A stretch of 64,000 nucleotides of DNA from Eledone cirrhosa (GCA_964016885.1 OZ024742.1:132742001-132806000); one strand, 5' to 3'; counted from the first letter of the stretch, positions 25,233 to 39,922 are shown. The notes: a model not told the origin generated them from the sequence alone. Program-made: numbers and translations.

Positions 25233-25819
25233 TGTTTTAATATGAATTAACAGTTTTGTGTTTAATTTCATTGTTTTACTATTTCTATTTTGACTCTGTA
25301 TCCAATTGAATTATATCATAATCTATAAAGCTCAGTGTATGGTCACGTTTCTTTGTTATAGAGATCTACAATATAGAATTTCTTCAATTGAAATTTACAA
25401 TTCAGTATTCGAAATAGCTTCGATTGGGTCATGACACATATATTTTTTTCAATTTCCCCCACAATTACGCAAAAAATCGATAAAACTCAATATTTTCCGA
25501 TTTACCTCTCTCATTTCAACTGGTTTTCAAACCTTTCGATTACCATTCAAAATCTATACAACTTCATACTTTCTGCTACTTTCTCTTTCCAAGCTGAAAC
25601 AACACGTAAAATGAAACTAAATTATTATTTTCATTTTACATTGTTCATGTTGATGGTGATACTGTCCGTTTTACTCTTTCATATCATCTGCTCCCCTCTA
25701 TCTACAACCCACACATTTTGCTACTTTCTCTTTTATACTAAATTTGGTTTATTCACCGTTAGCAGCTACGCGCATCTTTTAAAAATGTGAGTTACAATGT
25801 TTTTCAATCGTTCTAACAT

Positions 25820-27172
25820 TTAGTTGCTTCAAACTTGATTTATTTACAAACACATACAAACACACACTCACATAAATTCATCAACAAACATTTAAAGCAA
25901 TTAAACAACGTGCGGGATTTATAACCACAAATACACACTTCATTAAAAAATAAACTAATAATTTGCGACAATTCTTTTCTTTAAATCGTAAAATTAAACG
26001 ACATAATTATTTTCATTTTCGGCTGTTAATTTTCATGGGGATACTAAACAACTCCTGACCCAGAGGACGTCATCAACTATCCAATAGAGGTACTCAATTC
26101 CTTTGAGCCCCCCCCCCCCCCCCCCCGGACTACCACCACACATTCTCAAACTTAAAGTTGGTGCCCCTATAATGGTCATTAGAAATTTGGTTCCCCCGAA
26201 ACAATGCAATGTCACACGTTTGATCGTTAAGTCCTTATCTCCCAATCTGATTGAGGCCACGATTATCATAGGGTGCGGTCGAGGCAACGTTGTTTCAACT
26301 CATACACTTTACAGACTAAACAACAAAAACAAAAACATTAGCCACATTAACGTACAATTTCGTTTATTCTAAATGTGAGTCTTCAAACTGATTTATTTAT
26401 TTGCAAACACATACAAACACACACTCACATCAAATGAATAATTAAACTTTAAATCAATTTAACTACGTGCCGGATTTCTAACCACACATACACACTTCAT
26501 TAACAAATAAAAATTATAATTTGCGACAATTATTTTCTTTCGTAAAATCAAACGACATAATTATTTTCATTTTCGGTTGTTAATCTTCATGAGGATAATA
26601 CTACCCTTCCATTTTACATCATGTGAGTTAACAAATACTTTTTTAAAACACGATTCGCAGATTTCCTTAAACAACAAGATCAATTGCGTAGCCGGTATTC
26701 ATTATGTAGCCGGTAAAGCTATGTAGCAGGTAAAAGGCTATGTAGTCAGTACGATGTTATATAGCATGAACAGTTTATATAACCGGTAAATGCTATGTCG
26801 CTGTTAGCATGTGTGTGTGTGTCTGTGTGTGTATTACCGTCAATACAGACGTGTGTGTGTGCGTGTTTCAATGTAGTTTTCGTTAACAATGACGAGAGTA
26901 CAATCGCGCCAGAAACAATTCAATTTATCATTCTTAACTGCTAGGGACGTTCACAGGTTCATTAAGTACTTTCAGTAAGGAATATAAAAATTAGGGATTG
27001 AACCAAAAACCACGTCATAAACAGGCACCAACAAACGTTTTCTTTGTCCTGTCAAAAAGTGATTGATCCTATCCCTTTCACCTACGACCTCAGTTAGGTC
27101 AGGCGAAAGTCAAATTGACAGGGGATTACCTATGTAGGTACAAACCCTGCTGCGGTATGTCTATTTTTCTAG

Positions 27173-27218
<46 letters not shown>

Positions 27219-27294
27219 TTAATATAACATCAATTCATTTAACACAACTGAAACTGGATTTTACTCTTCAAATTTATTATTATTACTATATATG

Positions 27295-27327
<33 letters not shown>

Positions 27328-27467
27328 CGTATACACAAATTTTTGCATACACAGTAACAACATATAAACAAACGCATTTATTTGACGAGGCTGGATAAGG
27401 ATAAATATATATCGAATATATAAGCACCCTAGAGCAAATTCCGAGCAACGCCGGGTCATTCTGCTAG
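25820..27467 (+). mobile_element. Non-autonomous/decayed Helitron (5' boundary uncertain)
   Basis: Helicase fragment, internal ~220 bp direct repeats (25825-26040 and 26380-26595), and 3' hairpin CCGAGCAACGCCGG followed by CTAG|T at 27464-27468. Confidence 0.7.
26045..26295 (+). pseudogene. Helitron Pif1-family helicase fragment
   Basis: PPGLPPHILKLKVGAPIMVIRNLVPPKQCNVTRLIVKSLSPNLIEATII matches the conserved Pif1/Helitron motif LKVGxPIMLLRNLxP..LCNGTRL. Confidence 0.9.
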
Positions 27468-27577
27468 TCGTTGATAAAAACGTTTGTATTTTAAACTTTG
27501 CTTCACGATATCTTCTACATACGGATTACATTGAGTCCTTTATACGGTTTAGACCCTACCATTGAGTGGTAGATATA

Positions 27578-27615
<38 letters not shown>

Positions 27616-27955
27616 CTGTTGAGCTCTGCTGATGAATGAAATCCAACCGTGACCATCTCCACTGAAAGTTTTCATGAAATAGTATTTTAAGACTATACAG
27701 AGCATTTGATGTTATTCCAAATTGAAGGATAAGTGTTTCAAACTTTATTTTATCATGAGTTAAAGGTCTATAGATTTTTCCCTGGATTTTACTAAATTCT
27801 GTGGATGAATTTATATCCTGATTCTCTTTTGAGATGAGTTTGAGTTACTTTTCCTAAATCTTTCGTTAACTACTTTTCCCATATTGACGTTATAGTCGCA
27901 TATATGTTATAGAATGCCGTTAGCTTCTTGCTAAAACAATCTCTATACCTCTCAT

Positions 27956-28003
<48 letters not shown>

Positions 28004-28299
28004 ATGTGTGTGAGGTTCTGTAGATTTGTGGTTCTCTGAGAAATGTATCAATATTAACACTCTATTCTAAAACGGAATGTGTACATTAAGAATAACAGAA
28101 TGAGGTTTTACATTAAGGATTTTATTGATTAGGCACAGTTACGAACGTTTCACAGATATGCGACTCAAGATTTATATTCGTGTTATTGAGTCGTGTCTAT
28201 AACACGAATATATATCTTGAGACACTTCATTTGATGCCTCCTTCTTTTTAAAATATATATACATACATACTTACATACATACAAACAAACACACATATG

Positions 28300-29413
28300 G
28301 TTAAGGGTAAAAGCAGCGATTCTTTGCTTAAACTTTAATCTGCTCTTATAATAAATATTTGCTCTACGGGCTTATATATATGTATAATATATATATATAA
28401 TCCTTATCGATCTCGCTTCGGATTTTAGTCTTCATATTTATTATTAATATATATATATAAAACTGGTCTATGTGAGTATGTGTGTTTGAGAGTGAATAAG
28501 TGAAGGTGTAAGCGTGCGTGTGTGTGTGTGTGTGTGCATGTGCGCCTGTGTGAGATGGTACGTGGAGGTGTAAGTGTGGTGGTCGGTGCTCTATCATGTT
28601 AAAATTGGGTGTTGAGTTCTAGTCTGTTATTGATTGGGGTCGTGTTTTATTTATAATTAGTGCTTCCTTAATTCTAAGATTACCGAGGTTTCTTTCCTTA
28701 GGTTCTATTCTAACTATTATGTTTTTGTCGGTGTTTTTCCATTTCACTAGGTGTTTCTTAAATGAGAAAGCGTTAGTGTTGAGGTGTAATTTTATTATAA
28801 TGTGAAGTGGCCTGGTGGTGCTACCTATGTAGAAATTGCTGCATTTGTCGCACTCTAATCTGTATACGACGTAAGCATGGTGGCATAGATCTGTGTCATC
28901 GATGGGGCAGTTGGCTAGCCTGCAGCGGCTGTCATGTCTGGTAGAGTGTCTTTTGGTTAGCTGTCCGCATAGAGAAGGTCCTGAGAGGGCTAGCTAGATA
29001 TCTAGTCTCTTTCGTCTGATAGCTCTGCGGATGGCTGTTGTTGTTTCATCACTGAAGTGTGGGAGCTTCAGGAAGCAGGTGTTAGTGCCTCGGGTGTGGT
29101 GTTCTCTGTTGTTTCTGGCACGGTTCGCGGTGGACGTTGGGTATCCGTTCAGTTTAATTACTTCCAGGAAATGTGTGGTGTGTTTGTCCCGGTCTCTTGC
29201 GTCGGTGCATTTGTTCTGGATACGTGCAGTTCGTTCCTTACGTATCCAAACTTAGCGCTTACTGGGAGGGCCGATCTGAAATGTACGAACAGGTCCCTGC
29301 TGGCGGCTTCTTTATAGAAGCATGTGTGGATGTCGCCTTCCTCTGTTACCCTGACTTGGAAGTCCAATAGGGATAGGGATCCGTGGTCATCGGGGTGTTC
29401 CATGCTGAACTTT
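28300..29413 (-). mobile_element. 5'-truncated PLE (third family): RT thumb + GIY-YIG
   Basis: rc: [33 protein letters not shown] and LCHHAYVVYRLECDKCSNFYIGSTTRPLH. The terminus 28301-28345 is shared with 3106-3150. Confidence 0.85.
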
Positions 29414-29607
29414 ATATGTATGTATATATATATATACACATATATATATATATGCATGTATGTACATATATATAAATAAATATATACATATATATATACA
29501 TATATATATATATACATATATATATACATATATATATACATATATATATATACATATATATACATATATATATACATATATACATATATACATATATACA
29601 TATATAT

Positions 29608-29688
<81 letters not shown>

Positions 29689-30259
29689 CATATATATATG
29701 CATGTTAATAAACGTACTGTGATATATACATACATACACATGCACATATACGTAGGCGTTTAGGTGCTTTGCCGTGTTATATTTAAAATATATTCTATAG
29801 ACGTAACATGATGTTCTCCTGTTATGATGAAAGGTAATATATCTTTCGGAAATGTGTTTTACTTTAAAGAAATGTCCTTTTCGGTTTTTCGTATTATTTT
29901 TTGTTACTATGTTATTTTATCTTTTTCATTTTTTTCTTACCTATTCTTGCAAGGTTTTTGCTAAAACGAAAGAGCTTGCAGAATTGAAGCAATTTATCTT
30001 AGGTTATTTAAAAATAAGGCTGAACCTTCTTGACAACGTCAGTCCAATTAGAAGTGTGCGGAAAATAGACCGTCGCCGAAAATAGCAAATATGGCGAAAA
30101 TGATATGCAAACAACAAGAAACATACATAACAACAACAACAACAACAACAGTCGCAATAATAATAATATTGATGATACCAAGAGGAAGAAGCGAGGGAAT
30201 ATTTAATAGTAGGAGCTTTAGTTTAGAAGGAGTAGCGGTGAATGAGGAGGAGTAGAGGA

Positions 30260-30482
30260 AAGAAGAAGAAGAAGGAGAAAACGAAGAAGAAGAAGAAGAA
30301 CAAGAAGAAGAAGAAGAAGAAGAAGAATAAGAAGAAGAAAAAGAAAAAGAAAAAGAAGAAGAAGAAGAAGAAAACGAAGAAGATGAAGGAGAAAACGAAG
30401 AAGAAGAAGAAGAAGAAGAAGAAGAAGAAGAAGAAGAAAACAAAGAAGAAGAAGAATAAGAAGAAGAAGAAAAAGAATAATG

Positions 30483-30546
<64 letters not shown>

Positions 30547-30705
30547 GAAGAAGAAGAAGAAGAAGAACAAGAAGAAAAAGAAGAAGAAGAAGAAGAAGAA
30601 GAAGAAGAAGAAGAAGAAGAAAACGAAGAAGAAGAAGAAGAAGAAGAAGAAGAAGAAGAAGAAGAAGAAGAAGAAGAAGAAGAAGAAGAAGAAGAAGAAG
30701 AAGCA
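30260..30705. repeat. Compound (GAA)n/(TAA)n microsatellite
   Basis: Direct reading. Confidence 0.98.
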
Positions 30706-31014
30706 ACCTCAACTGCAAGAGAGAGGAGAAGGAGGAGTAGGGGGAGGAAGACGGAGAAAGAAAACAGGAAAAAAGAATAATGATGAATATAGTTGTAGAT
30801 CTATGAATACGGGCATAACTGTAAAGCAATTTAATATATTTTATGGGGAAGAAATAACGACATCAGTTTGTTTATATCAGTAATTGCCGCGAGATCTAAA
30901 GTGGGACCTTCGTATTATGTTGACGTATACAAATATAATAAGTGACTCATAGTAACTTGAGCTTACAGTACGATCGATGTGTAGATTTTAAAATAGAGCC
31001 AATGGAGTGGGGTC

Positions 31015-31081
<67 letters not shown>

Positions 31082-32378
31082 GAGAGAGAGAGAGAGAGAT
31101 ATATATCACCACCATATCAATACATAGAACGCTGCTAATGATAGCAACACCCTTAAAACCACAGCCGCTCCAAACGTTACGAAACTACCCATAAAGCATT
31201 AATAATGCTAACGCCAACGACATTTGAAACATGCCCTCACCGCCCACATCATTGCAACTTGTATTAAAGAGGCATGAAATGAGAATGCTATAAGGAGCAT
31301 CATATCAACATCTGCGATAGTTAAAAAACACACTTCTGGCTCCACACCTTCAATCACCATTGTGCCTTAATACCCTTTCAAATCTCTTTGCTTTTACATA
31401 GCAAGGATCAGAAAGGTATCAGGAAAGTCGTATAATATATACCGTGTCGTATATCATGCGATCTACAGAGAAGGTGAAGTTTAAATTCATTCCTATTCGC
31501 AAACCTTCTGACTTGAGATCTAATCTTATAAGTTGGTTTCGAAAATCCTCAATTGTGTCTTAGTGTCGCCTTAGCTTAAGAAAGGATTGATTTGTTGCGG
31601 ATGATATAGTAAATATTATTGATTTTTGCAAGGGTGGTTTGAAGTAGGAATTTTCTGCGCGGTATTTATTTACTTTCTTCTACAGTCTAATCTCAAATTT
31701 TACTAGGGTTCACATTTCTTGTAATTCCTCCCAAGTCATTAAAATACGTTCCTTTTAATGATTGGATTCGCTACAATCGATTGATTGATCACGTCTCAAT
31801 ATTGTAATTTTGTGTTTCTCTTGTTCTTGCATTTGTTAGACATTTTGCAGCATTTCTGGCCTTTCATACAAGGTTATGTTAGGTTTCATAATTTTTCTAG
31901 TTGTATTTCATATGACATGACAGAGTTGTTGTACGTGGAAGTGTTATATTGATTTTCAGTTTTACAACGTTTTTGACGGTTGGTTCCAATAACAACGAGT
32001 ATAACGACATAGTAACACAATAATGACTGCAGAAACAACTCAGTCTTAAAAGAAACTCTCTGGTGTTTTATACCTTGATAGAAATTGCATATTTCTTAAA
32101 TCTCCTCAAATCGTCTTAAATGGGGGGGGGGGGTCTCATTCAGTAATGTAGTTCCCGATATAGTATACGTACGGAAAGCAGGATTGAGGAGAAATGATTT
32201 AATCATACAAATTCTACTGGATTCCATCTATAGTAAATATGCGCAGGAAAATAAGAAGTATGCAAAAATATACAGTAAGATTGCAAGAAGCGAATAACCA
32301 AGGAATCTGCTGAGATGTAACTTTATTTTCTATATTTGCAGATTATTTCCTGAACGGAATATATATATACAGTATAGA

Positions 32379-32735
32379 TATAACGAAGGAAGTGTGGTAA
32401 AGAACCAGGTGGACCATAACGCACCAGAGTACTCAATACTTTGTTTAGTAGAGTGGGTAATAGGAAAATGTTCAAGACCCCGACGGCAGAGCTGAAGCCG
32501 TTCGACGGCTATTTCTGGATTCTGAGTTCAGAAATAGCCGTTAAAACGGCTTGAGCTCTGCCATCGGGGTCTTGAACATTTTCATATACATATATATGAA
32601 AAGAATCGAGGCGGTAAAAACCAGCTTTGACCATTACTCACCAGAGTACTCCATACATAGGGTCGTAGAGTGGGTAGTTTGGATCTAGCTGTCGAAACGG
32701 CCGGAGCTCAACCGCCGGGGTCCCGACTTTTTCAT
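32379..32735. repeat. Two family-E fold-back copies
   Basis: Inverted arms ~32463-32518 and ~32528-32584 plus tail 32379-32462. A rearranged second copy lies at 32597-32735. Confidence 0.75.
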
Positions 32736-32741
32736 ATACAC

Positions 32742-32801
<60 letters not shown>

Positions 32802-33200
32802 ATATATATATATGTGTATATCTATATGTATATATCTCTCTCTTTCTTTCTCTCTAGCGATCAATTCGGGAAATCTGTCCTTACACGAGGGAGTCTCTTG
32901 ATAAGTCGACTACCTCACAGCTTAGGTACACTTTAACTGCACTTTGTTGCACACCAGTCGGCAAACCTGGTATTTTTGGTGTATTTGCTCTTCACAATAA
33001 TTATTTTATAAAGCTCTGATTATTATATTATTTATTTAATTAATTCATTCGTACAACACACATATCTGTTTATATTTATGTATCTATATGTATATATATT
33101 CTCTCTCTCCCCCCCCCCCTCTCTCTCTCTCCCCCCCTCTCTCTCTCTCCCTCCATACACACACACACACATATATATATACACACACACACATATATAT

Positions 33201-33231
<31 letters not shown>

Positions 33232-33670
33232 GATATAGATATATATATATATACATGCATTCATATATATACATAGATATATAGATATTTGTGTAAGTGT
33301 TTGTGTATATGTATAGTTTATCTTACCTATAACATATATAACTAAGCAATCAGACATTCGCACCTATATCCAATACACTCCACCTTGTCGTTTTCCAACA
33401 GGCTGTAGATTTGTAGATTTGTAGATTTATAAGCGTGCGTTGATTGTTTTTAAAATAATTGTCTGCAATAGTGGATAATAAGCAAACACATTATGAGGTT
33501 ATATTACGGAAAATTGGATGGGAATACATTTAATGAAATGGTATAAGAAAATATTGTCTCATTTAGTGAGGCACATAGTAAAGACTTATCAAGCCTAACT
33601 TCCACAACACTACTGTCATATAATGTCTAACTAGTATTATCATTAGTTAATAAATTAAACGACAACGGCA

Positions 33671-33910
<240 letters not shown>

Positions 33911-36810
33911 ACCAACATTAATACGTCCACCATTAATTCCACTTTCATTATATTGCAGTTTTAAGATCAACCAAAATTAGACGTGTGAGAATTCACTAAA
34001 ATGTTAATGACACTGTAGAATGCAGACGTTTGAAACAAGATTGGTGCATACTTTAATTTGGAGCGCGGCAGAAATAATTAATGACTGATCTCATTACGTG
34101 TATTAAGTCCAAAGCTTCAAACACCCATCTCGGTTGCTCATGCTTATTTGTGAGCGAATTTTTTTCGCAACCTCTATTCTCAATGTCAGCCACGAATTGA
34201 CGTCAGCCGGTAGTATTCGCTAAACAAGAAAAAGTAAAACTAAAAATGTGTGAATATGTCGATTATTAATTCTCCCGACGCCCTTAATTTAATTCGCGTT
34301 TAAGGAAAACAAAGTAAAATGAAAAAAAAAAATGACAGAAATATCGAGTGTTGAATATCTCCATGTCTTCCTGCCATGTGTCTTGTTAGCAAACGACAAA
34401 CTGTTTTAAGTATCTCTTTACACTCGAATTATGAACAAACTAAACATGATACATGTGTCATTGTTGCTGTTGGTTAGCGCTGGTCAACCTCAAAACAGTA
34501 GCTTGATCGTAGTCAGTCGGACACCAAGCACATGTTGTAGTTGTCCGAAGGTCCAGGTATATTATGCTTCCTTTTGAATTGGAAAACATCTTGATATTCT
34601 ATATGCCAATGTTCAGTGAAGATGTGTGATTATGTGGATATCTGTTGACCGAAATTCTTTGTCACCTGGCCTATTAGAAGCATCAGAAAAACATTCCTCA
34701 TTTGACTTTATCTGTGAATGACTTAAGAAGGAAAATATATTATTGCTTAATTGTTATTTTTCCAGTAGGGAAACGGTATGTTGAAGAGCCACATCAGATC
34801 AACCATATCGAGAAGACATATCATTAAAAAATTCTAACTGTGGCAATCACAACGTTTTGCAGACAACATAAATCAGTATATCCATCATTCTAATCACCAA
34901 AATATTGTGATATGAGGTATTATAATCTACTAATTCTAAGAGGTTAGGCAATTATGTAGTAGCATTTTCGTATGGCAAAGACTACGTTAACTGGCTAACA
35001 ATATGTTTACATATTTTGGTTCTTGATATCCTCACTTTAGCGCCGAAAAAGCAAGTGTTTGAATATTATTCACATAAATCATCTACGTCTACACAGGAAA
35101 CAATATCATTATATGATAGCAGAACATAGTAAATACACACGTAGCTTAAAAATGTAAATGCACCGTCGATTATATATTTAAATATACTGAAATCTTAGTA
35201 CTTCTAAAAACATGCTGAAATTCTTCAAAATCAGTTCTTATTTCTCACTAAAAATCTCATTCCCATAAAAGAGATATTGATTTTCCATCATTCTAAACGA
35301 TAAGATCAACATCATCAATACAATGAATGAAATATCCCATTGCCTCATTTCCCTTGCAACGTGTTGTAGCTGAAGAGATAATAACATCATTGGCTGCTCA
35401 TCTACGAGTGAAGAATTGTTAAAACGAGATTTACGTACATCTTTCATTTTTTAAAGAACACTTTGTTATATTTATTGTTCTGTTGATAAAATGTTATAGA
35501 GCTGACAATGGAGTGGTGAGAACCTGAATGATCTAATATATTACTGAATTCAGAATTTCAAGGGCAATAGATTGTAAAAGCTTCTCATTACATAACCCAC
35601 GATAATAAAACGTTCAAAATGTATGTGATAATGGAAACCCAATTCGTGACACTCATACACTTGTTGCTTAACCCTATCGATCGATGCAAACACGAATCTT
35701 GTCACAGCGCTTATATTATTAGTTAGAAAACGACGTGCACATGACTATTTAAAAAAAAAAAGAATTTGATTTGTTTGAATACTTGGATGACATTTATAAA
35801 GTGCTGGGCAGCACATACACACAGTCACCGAAATTAGATGATTATTTAATTGTCGTTGTTTCTCTTTTAATAGAGTGGCCCGGGTGGATCCTGATCCGAT
35901 ACATTCTTGCCTTCATCACAACTTTTCTGAAGCTCATTGCACATAGGAAGGCATTATCAGATGTGTCCTTTTTGAATACTTGAGTCGGGGATACTAGGAT
36001 GATATAGTGAAAACTTTACAGTTCAATTTGCCACGTATATACTTTTCTGTTATTATCATAGCCAAGTGGCTATCAGCATAGAGCAAACTATAGAATCCTT
36101 TGAAATCTTAACAATTACGGGTGTCCGTTCATGAATTGAAACAATTTGTGTTCGATAACCTTATTGTTGCTGCTTTAAAGAAAACATTAAGTTTATATAT
36201 TACAATGGCGAGTACAGTAGAGGAATTGATGGGCTTGCTAGATCTGTGATGGCTTCTACGTTTCTTTTCCTGGTTAAGCGAACGGGTTGCACTTATATTG
36301 GTAATATTTTGATTTTAAGAAAAAATATAAGTTCCTCAACCTGCAGATGGATTGTATTTAAATTATAGAATATGTTCATGGAATAGCCAAACGGGAAACC
36401 AATTCTTTAGCATTTCGTTAATCCTTATATCAATCGAATGTAATATACATTATTCTTCCACTGGGTGATATATATGCATGCATAACTGTAAAGCTGCCAT
36501 GAAGGTAAACATGATTGAGTATTTTGTTCAGAATGTGGCACGAACTGGCTTTACATATGACAATACTCTCCTGAATATCCATCTTTACATTAAGCCACAT
36601 ACCACTTGGCTAATTATGCATTTGGTTAATGCATACTCACCAACACCTTTTATCACATTTATATGAAACTCGTCTATAAAAGCAAGCAAACAGATAGAAC
36701 CATAGACATGCGGGCCTATACGACCTCTTATCCTACGAAATATTGCAGAAATACTTGCCAGAACACGGTAAAGTGGGAGGGTACATAGGATTCTGTATTT
36801 CTACAATAGG

Positions 36811-37197
36811 AAGTGGTTTGGCAGTATCGGTAGAGCGTGAAGACACCATGCTTTGCATCATAGATAAGGCCCTTTGCGTTTTGAGTTCAAATCCGCCGAG
36901 GTTAACTTTGCGTTTCATCCTTACGAGGTCGATAAAATAAAGTACCAGTGGTGCACTGATGTATTCGTAGGCCTTGTGCCAAAGGTAGGAATTAACATTC
37001 TGAAATAATTGTTTCTACTTTTGGCACAAGGCCAGCAACTTTCCCAGTGAATTACTGGTACTTTATTTTATCGACCCCGTAAGGATGAAAGGCAAAGTTA
37101 ACCTCGGCGGGATTTGAACTCAGACCATCAAGGGCCATAACAATTTGCTGCAAAGCATGGCGTCCGACCCTCTACCGATACTGCGAATCGACCGCCC
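36811..37197. mobile_element. Tail-to-tail inverted pair of SINE S1 (36811-36995 +, 37004-37197 -)
   Basis: Both copies have A/B boxes and the GTCGATAAAATAAAGTACCAGT core in opposite orientations. Confidence 0.85.
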
Positions 37198-37789
37198 TTC
37201 TTATAGATATAATGATAATATTATTGGTGGTGGTGATGGCGGTCGTTTGCCTATTTCGTCAGTTGTGCTATTCTACAAATGAAGCTATTTGGGTCATGAA
37301 AATATTCTTTTATCGCATTAAATATATTCTCCACAATATGTATAGTATTTTAATAGCCCTAAATATTCTGAAATAATGATGGTTAATCGCTATTGATCTT
37401 AGGTTGGCTCAATAAGAACCAATCTAGTTCTGAAAATAAATCAGCGCGACAAATATATCTATCATAATCTATTTGGTGTTCTGTCTAAATTAGGAATATC
37501 CTCTTCAGAAAAAAAACTCCAAAAAACTGTGAATGTAGATATCAGTCATGGTGGAAAAGCGTCAGATAAGCAGATTAATAATGTATAAATTCACAATGAT
37601 AATTGTAAGTAGTACATCTAATACCTTCAAATATCACACGGTCTCTGATTTATATATCCGTTTTTAAAACAATGTTTCTAAATAAAATATTGTAATAACA
37701 TTTAAAAAATGATTTCGATGTTTGGTTAGATGTCACTGATGAGAGATGACTAAATCATGAAACAACGCTGACTTGCATTCTTAATTGCA

Positions 37790-38471
37790 ACTGAGACATG
37801 TTCACAGGGCAAAAAAAAGCCCTAAAAGGCTAGAAAATTGAAGTTGTTCACCTAATGCGGGCCCTAGGCCATACAAATTTGGATTTCTTTGCTTACGGTA
37901 TGAAGAAGAGACTGACTAATACATAGTTACAATTTCAAGGAAATCGCTCTGACGTAACGTCTCAAAACACCCCTAAAAAGCTTTAAAAACGTAGTTTTTC
38001 ACCTTATGCGGGCCCTAGGAGATCAAAAAGTTGATTTGTTTATGTGCATAACACCCCCGGAAAGATAAGTAATACACATGTAAAGTTTGAAAAGAATCGT
38101 TTGGGTACTTCTCGAGTTTTAGGGATTCAAACTCACAAACACACATACACACACAAAGACACACAAACATACATCCTCAGGGAAGTGACGTAATGCAGAC
38201 AACCAGTCATACAGACAGATATTATAAGTGCGCGACGTTATCATATCTATGTACAAAGAGAAAGACTAAGAATTATAGAGAGCGATCGCTAAATCGCCTA
38301 ATGCTGTCCCTAGGGCATTGGAAATTCGAATTTTTCTTGGCGAAGAACACTCTCTGAAACATAAGTATTACATGTGTAAAGTTTGAAAACAGTGGTTTGG
38401 GTGGTTCTCGAGTTTAAGGGATTCAAACTCACACACACACAGACAGACATCCTCAGTTTATATATATAGAT
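37790..38471 (+). mobile_element. Probable non-autonomous Helitron/Helentron-type (HINE-like) element with internal duplications
   Basis: Repeated blocks TTCACCT.ATGCGGGCCCTAGG and GTAAAGTTTGAAAA..TTCTCGAGTTT..GGGATTCAAACTCACA. Ends ACAGACAGACATCCTCAGTTTATATATATAGAT. Confidence 0.45.
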
Positions 38472-38657
38472 AATTGTTTCTACTTTAGGCACAAGGCCAG
38501 CAATTATCCAGTGCATTACTGGTACTTTATTTTATCGACCCCGTAAGGATGAAAGGCAAAGTCAACCTCGGCGGGATTTGAACTCAGATCGTAAAGGGAC
38601 GCAACTATGCTGGAAAGCATGACGTCCGACCCTCTACCGATACTGCCAATCCACCAC
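38471..38657 (-). mobile_element. SINE S1
   Basis: Near-identical to 14161-14346. Confidence 0.88.
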
Positions 38658-38717
38658 CACATATATATATATAGATAATACTAATGCATATGCATTCATA
38701 TACACCCCTAATACACA

Positions 38718-38802
<85 letters not shown>

Positions 38803-39039
38803 ACTTATATATATAAGGGAAAAAGTAAAGAGCCCTTTCGGTCACGAATGACTATGGGATTTGTATTTAGAAAGGTGTCCCTAGAGGCACAAGTACGGTC
38901 GAGGTTTGCGGAAGATCATCAGTTTCCCCTCTCCAAATAACCAATGTTATCCGAGGGAAAGGCTAAACCCGATACAGCTTGGCACCAGTGACGTCACAAC
39001 CCATTGTAAGCCAAGCGTCTTCAATATGTATACACACAC

Positions 39040-39158
<119 letters not shown>

Positions 39159-39922
39159 ACAAAGAGGGTGTGGTAAGATACCAGGTGGAACATTTCGCAT
39201 CAAAGTACTCGATACTTGAATCTAGCCGTCGAAACGGCCGAAGCTCACTATTCTGGGTCCGCAATATTTTCATATATACATATATACATATTTATGACTA
39301 TATGTATGCGCCGAAACATCCGTGATCCGTAGTAAACAACTGACGAAGGGAAACTATCCATCTATTGTTTGTGTCGCCTTACCTTCTAACACTCGTTATC
39401 AGTAACCACGCAGCCTTCCACCCTCAATCCATACATAATACGAATCGAAAATCTGAATAACGTAGTTATGTAGTGAATTTCTAAAATACATGAGGGAGCC
39501 GCTGCCGAGATTTTCAAATAACAACTCTGAGGAATTATTATTTAAGAACCATGTATTGCTAGAATCTATACAATGAAATCGCGTCATACGAATCTTCATA
39601 AATAATACATGTATTAGAATATAGAAATAAATGCCAATGTGGACGAGGAAACAATTCAATGAATTTTAATAAGGTTAGAGAGGTTGAAATTATGCTAAAA
39701 AAGTGTACGGATGCAAGATAAGCATTCCATTTTAACATTACCTCGGCTTGATAAAATGCGTTTTTAGAAATTATGCAAAGTAAAATTATTATTTTAAAGA
39801 TAGTATTTTATCAAACGAAATAAGTGGACAAACGAAAATATGTACACACAGACAGACACACCCACATTTATATACTGACTTACACACAATCAGACTCACA
39901 CACATATACATATGTATATATA

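Larger units (their letters stand above)
21007..25276 (-). mobile_element. Penelope-like retroelement (Hydra-clade-like) with ~600 bp inverted pseudo-LTRs
   Basis: 21007-21605 is the rc of 24660-25276. N-terminal KNVPIPSK..FIRRVRWRA, RT GGLYQDD, linker CNC-x5-CPLNGNC, GIY-YIG YIGSTSNLFKSRF, C-terminal CGLC. Confidence 0.9.

Noticed and set aside
21007-25276. DNA transposon with 600 bp TIRs
   Set aside because: The internal ORF is RT + GIY-YIG, not a transposase, and the repeats are the element's own HHR-bearing 3' pLTR.
27628-27645. CTGATGAATGAAAT as a hammerhead
   Set aside because: No stem II or stem I/III pairing.
30048-30883. Poly-K/N, poly-L and poly-S ORFs
   Set aside because: Product of the (GAA)n/(TAA)n microsatellite, which is open in several frames.
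35238-35447. ORF containing QHVAREMRQWDI resembling a LINE APE endonuclease start
   Set aside because: Similarity too short and degenerate to call without a search; not a host gene.
39340-39365. CTGACGAAGGGAAAC hammerhead candidate
   Set aside because: No convincing stem II partner or downstream GAAA-stem III.
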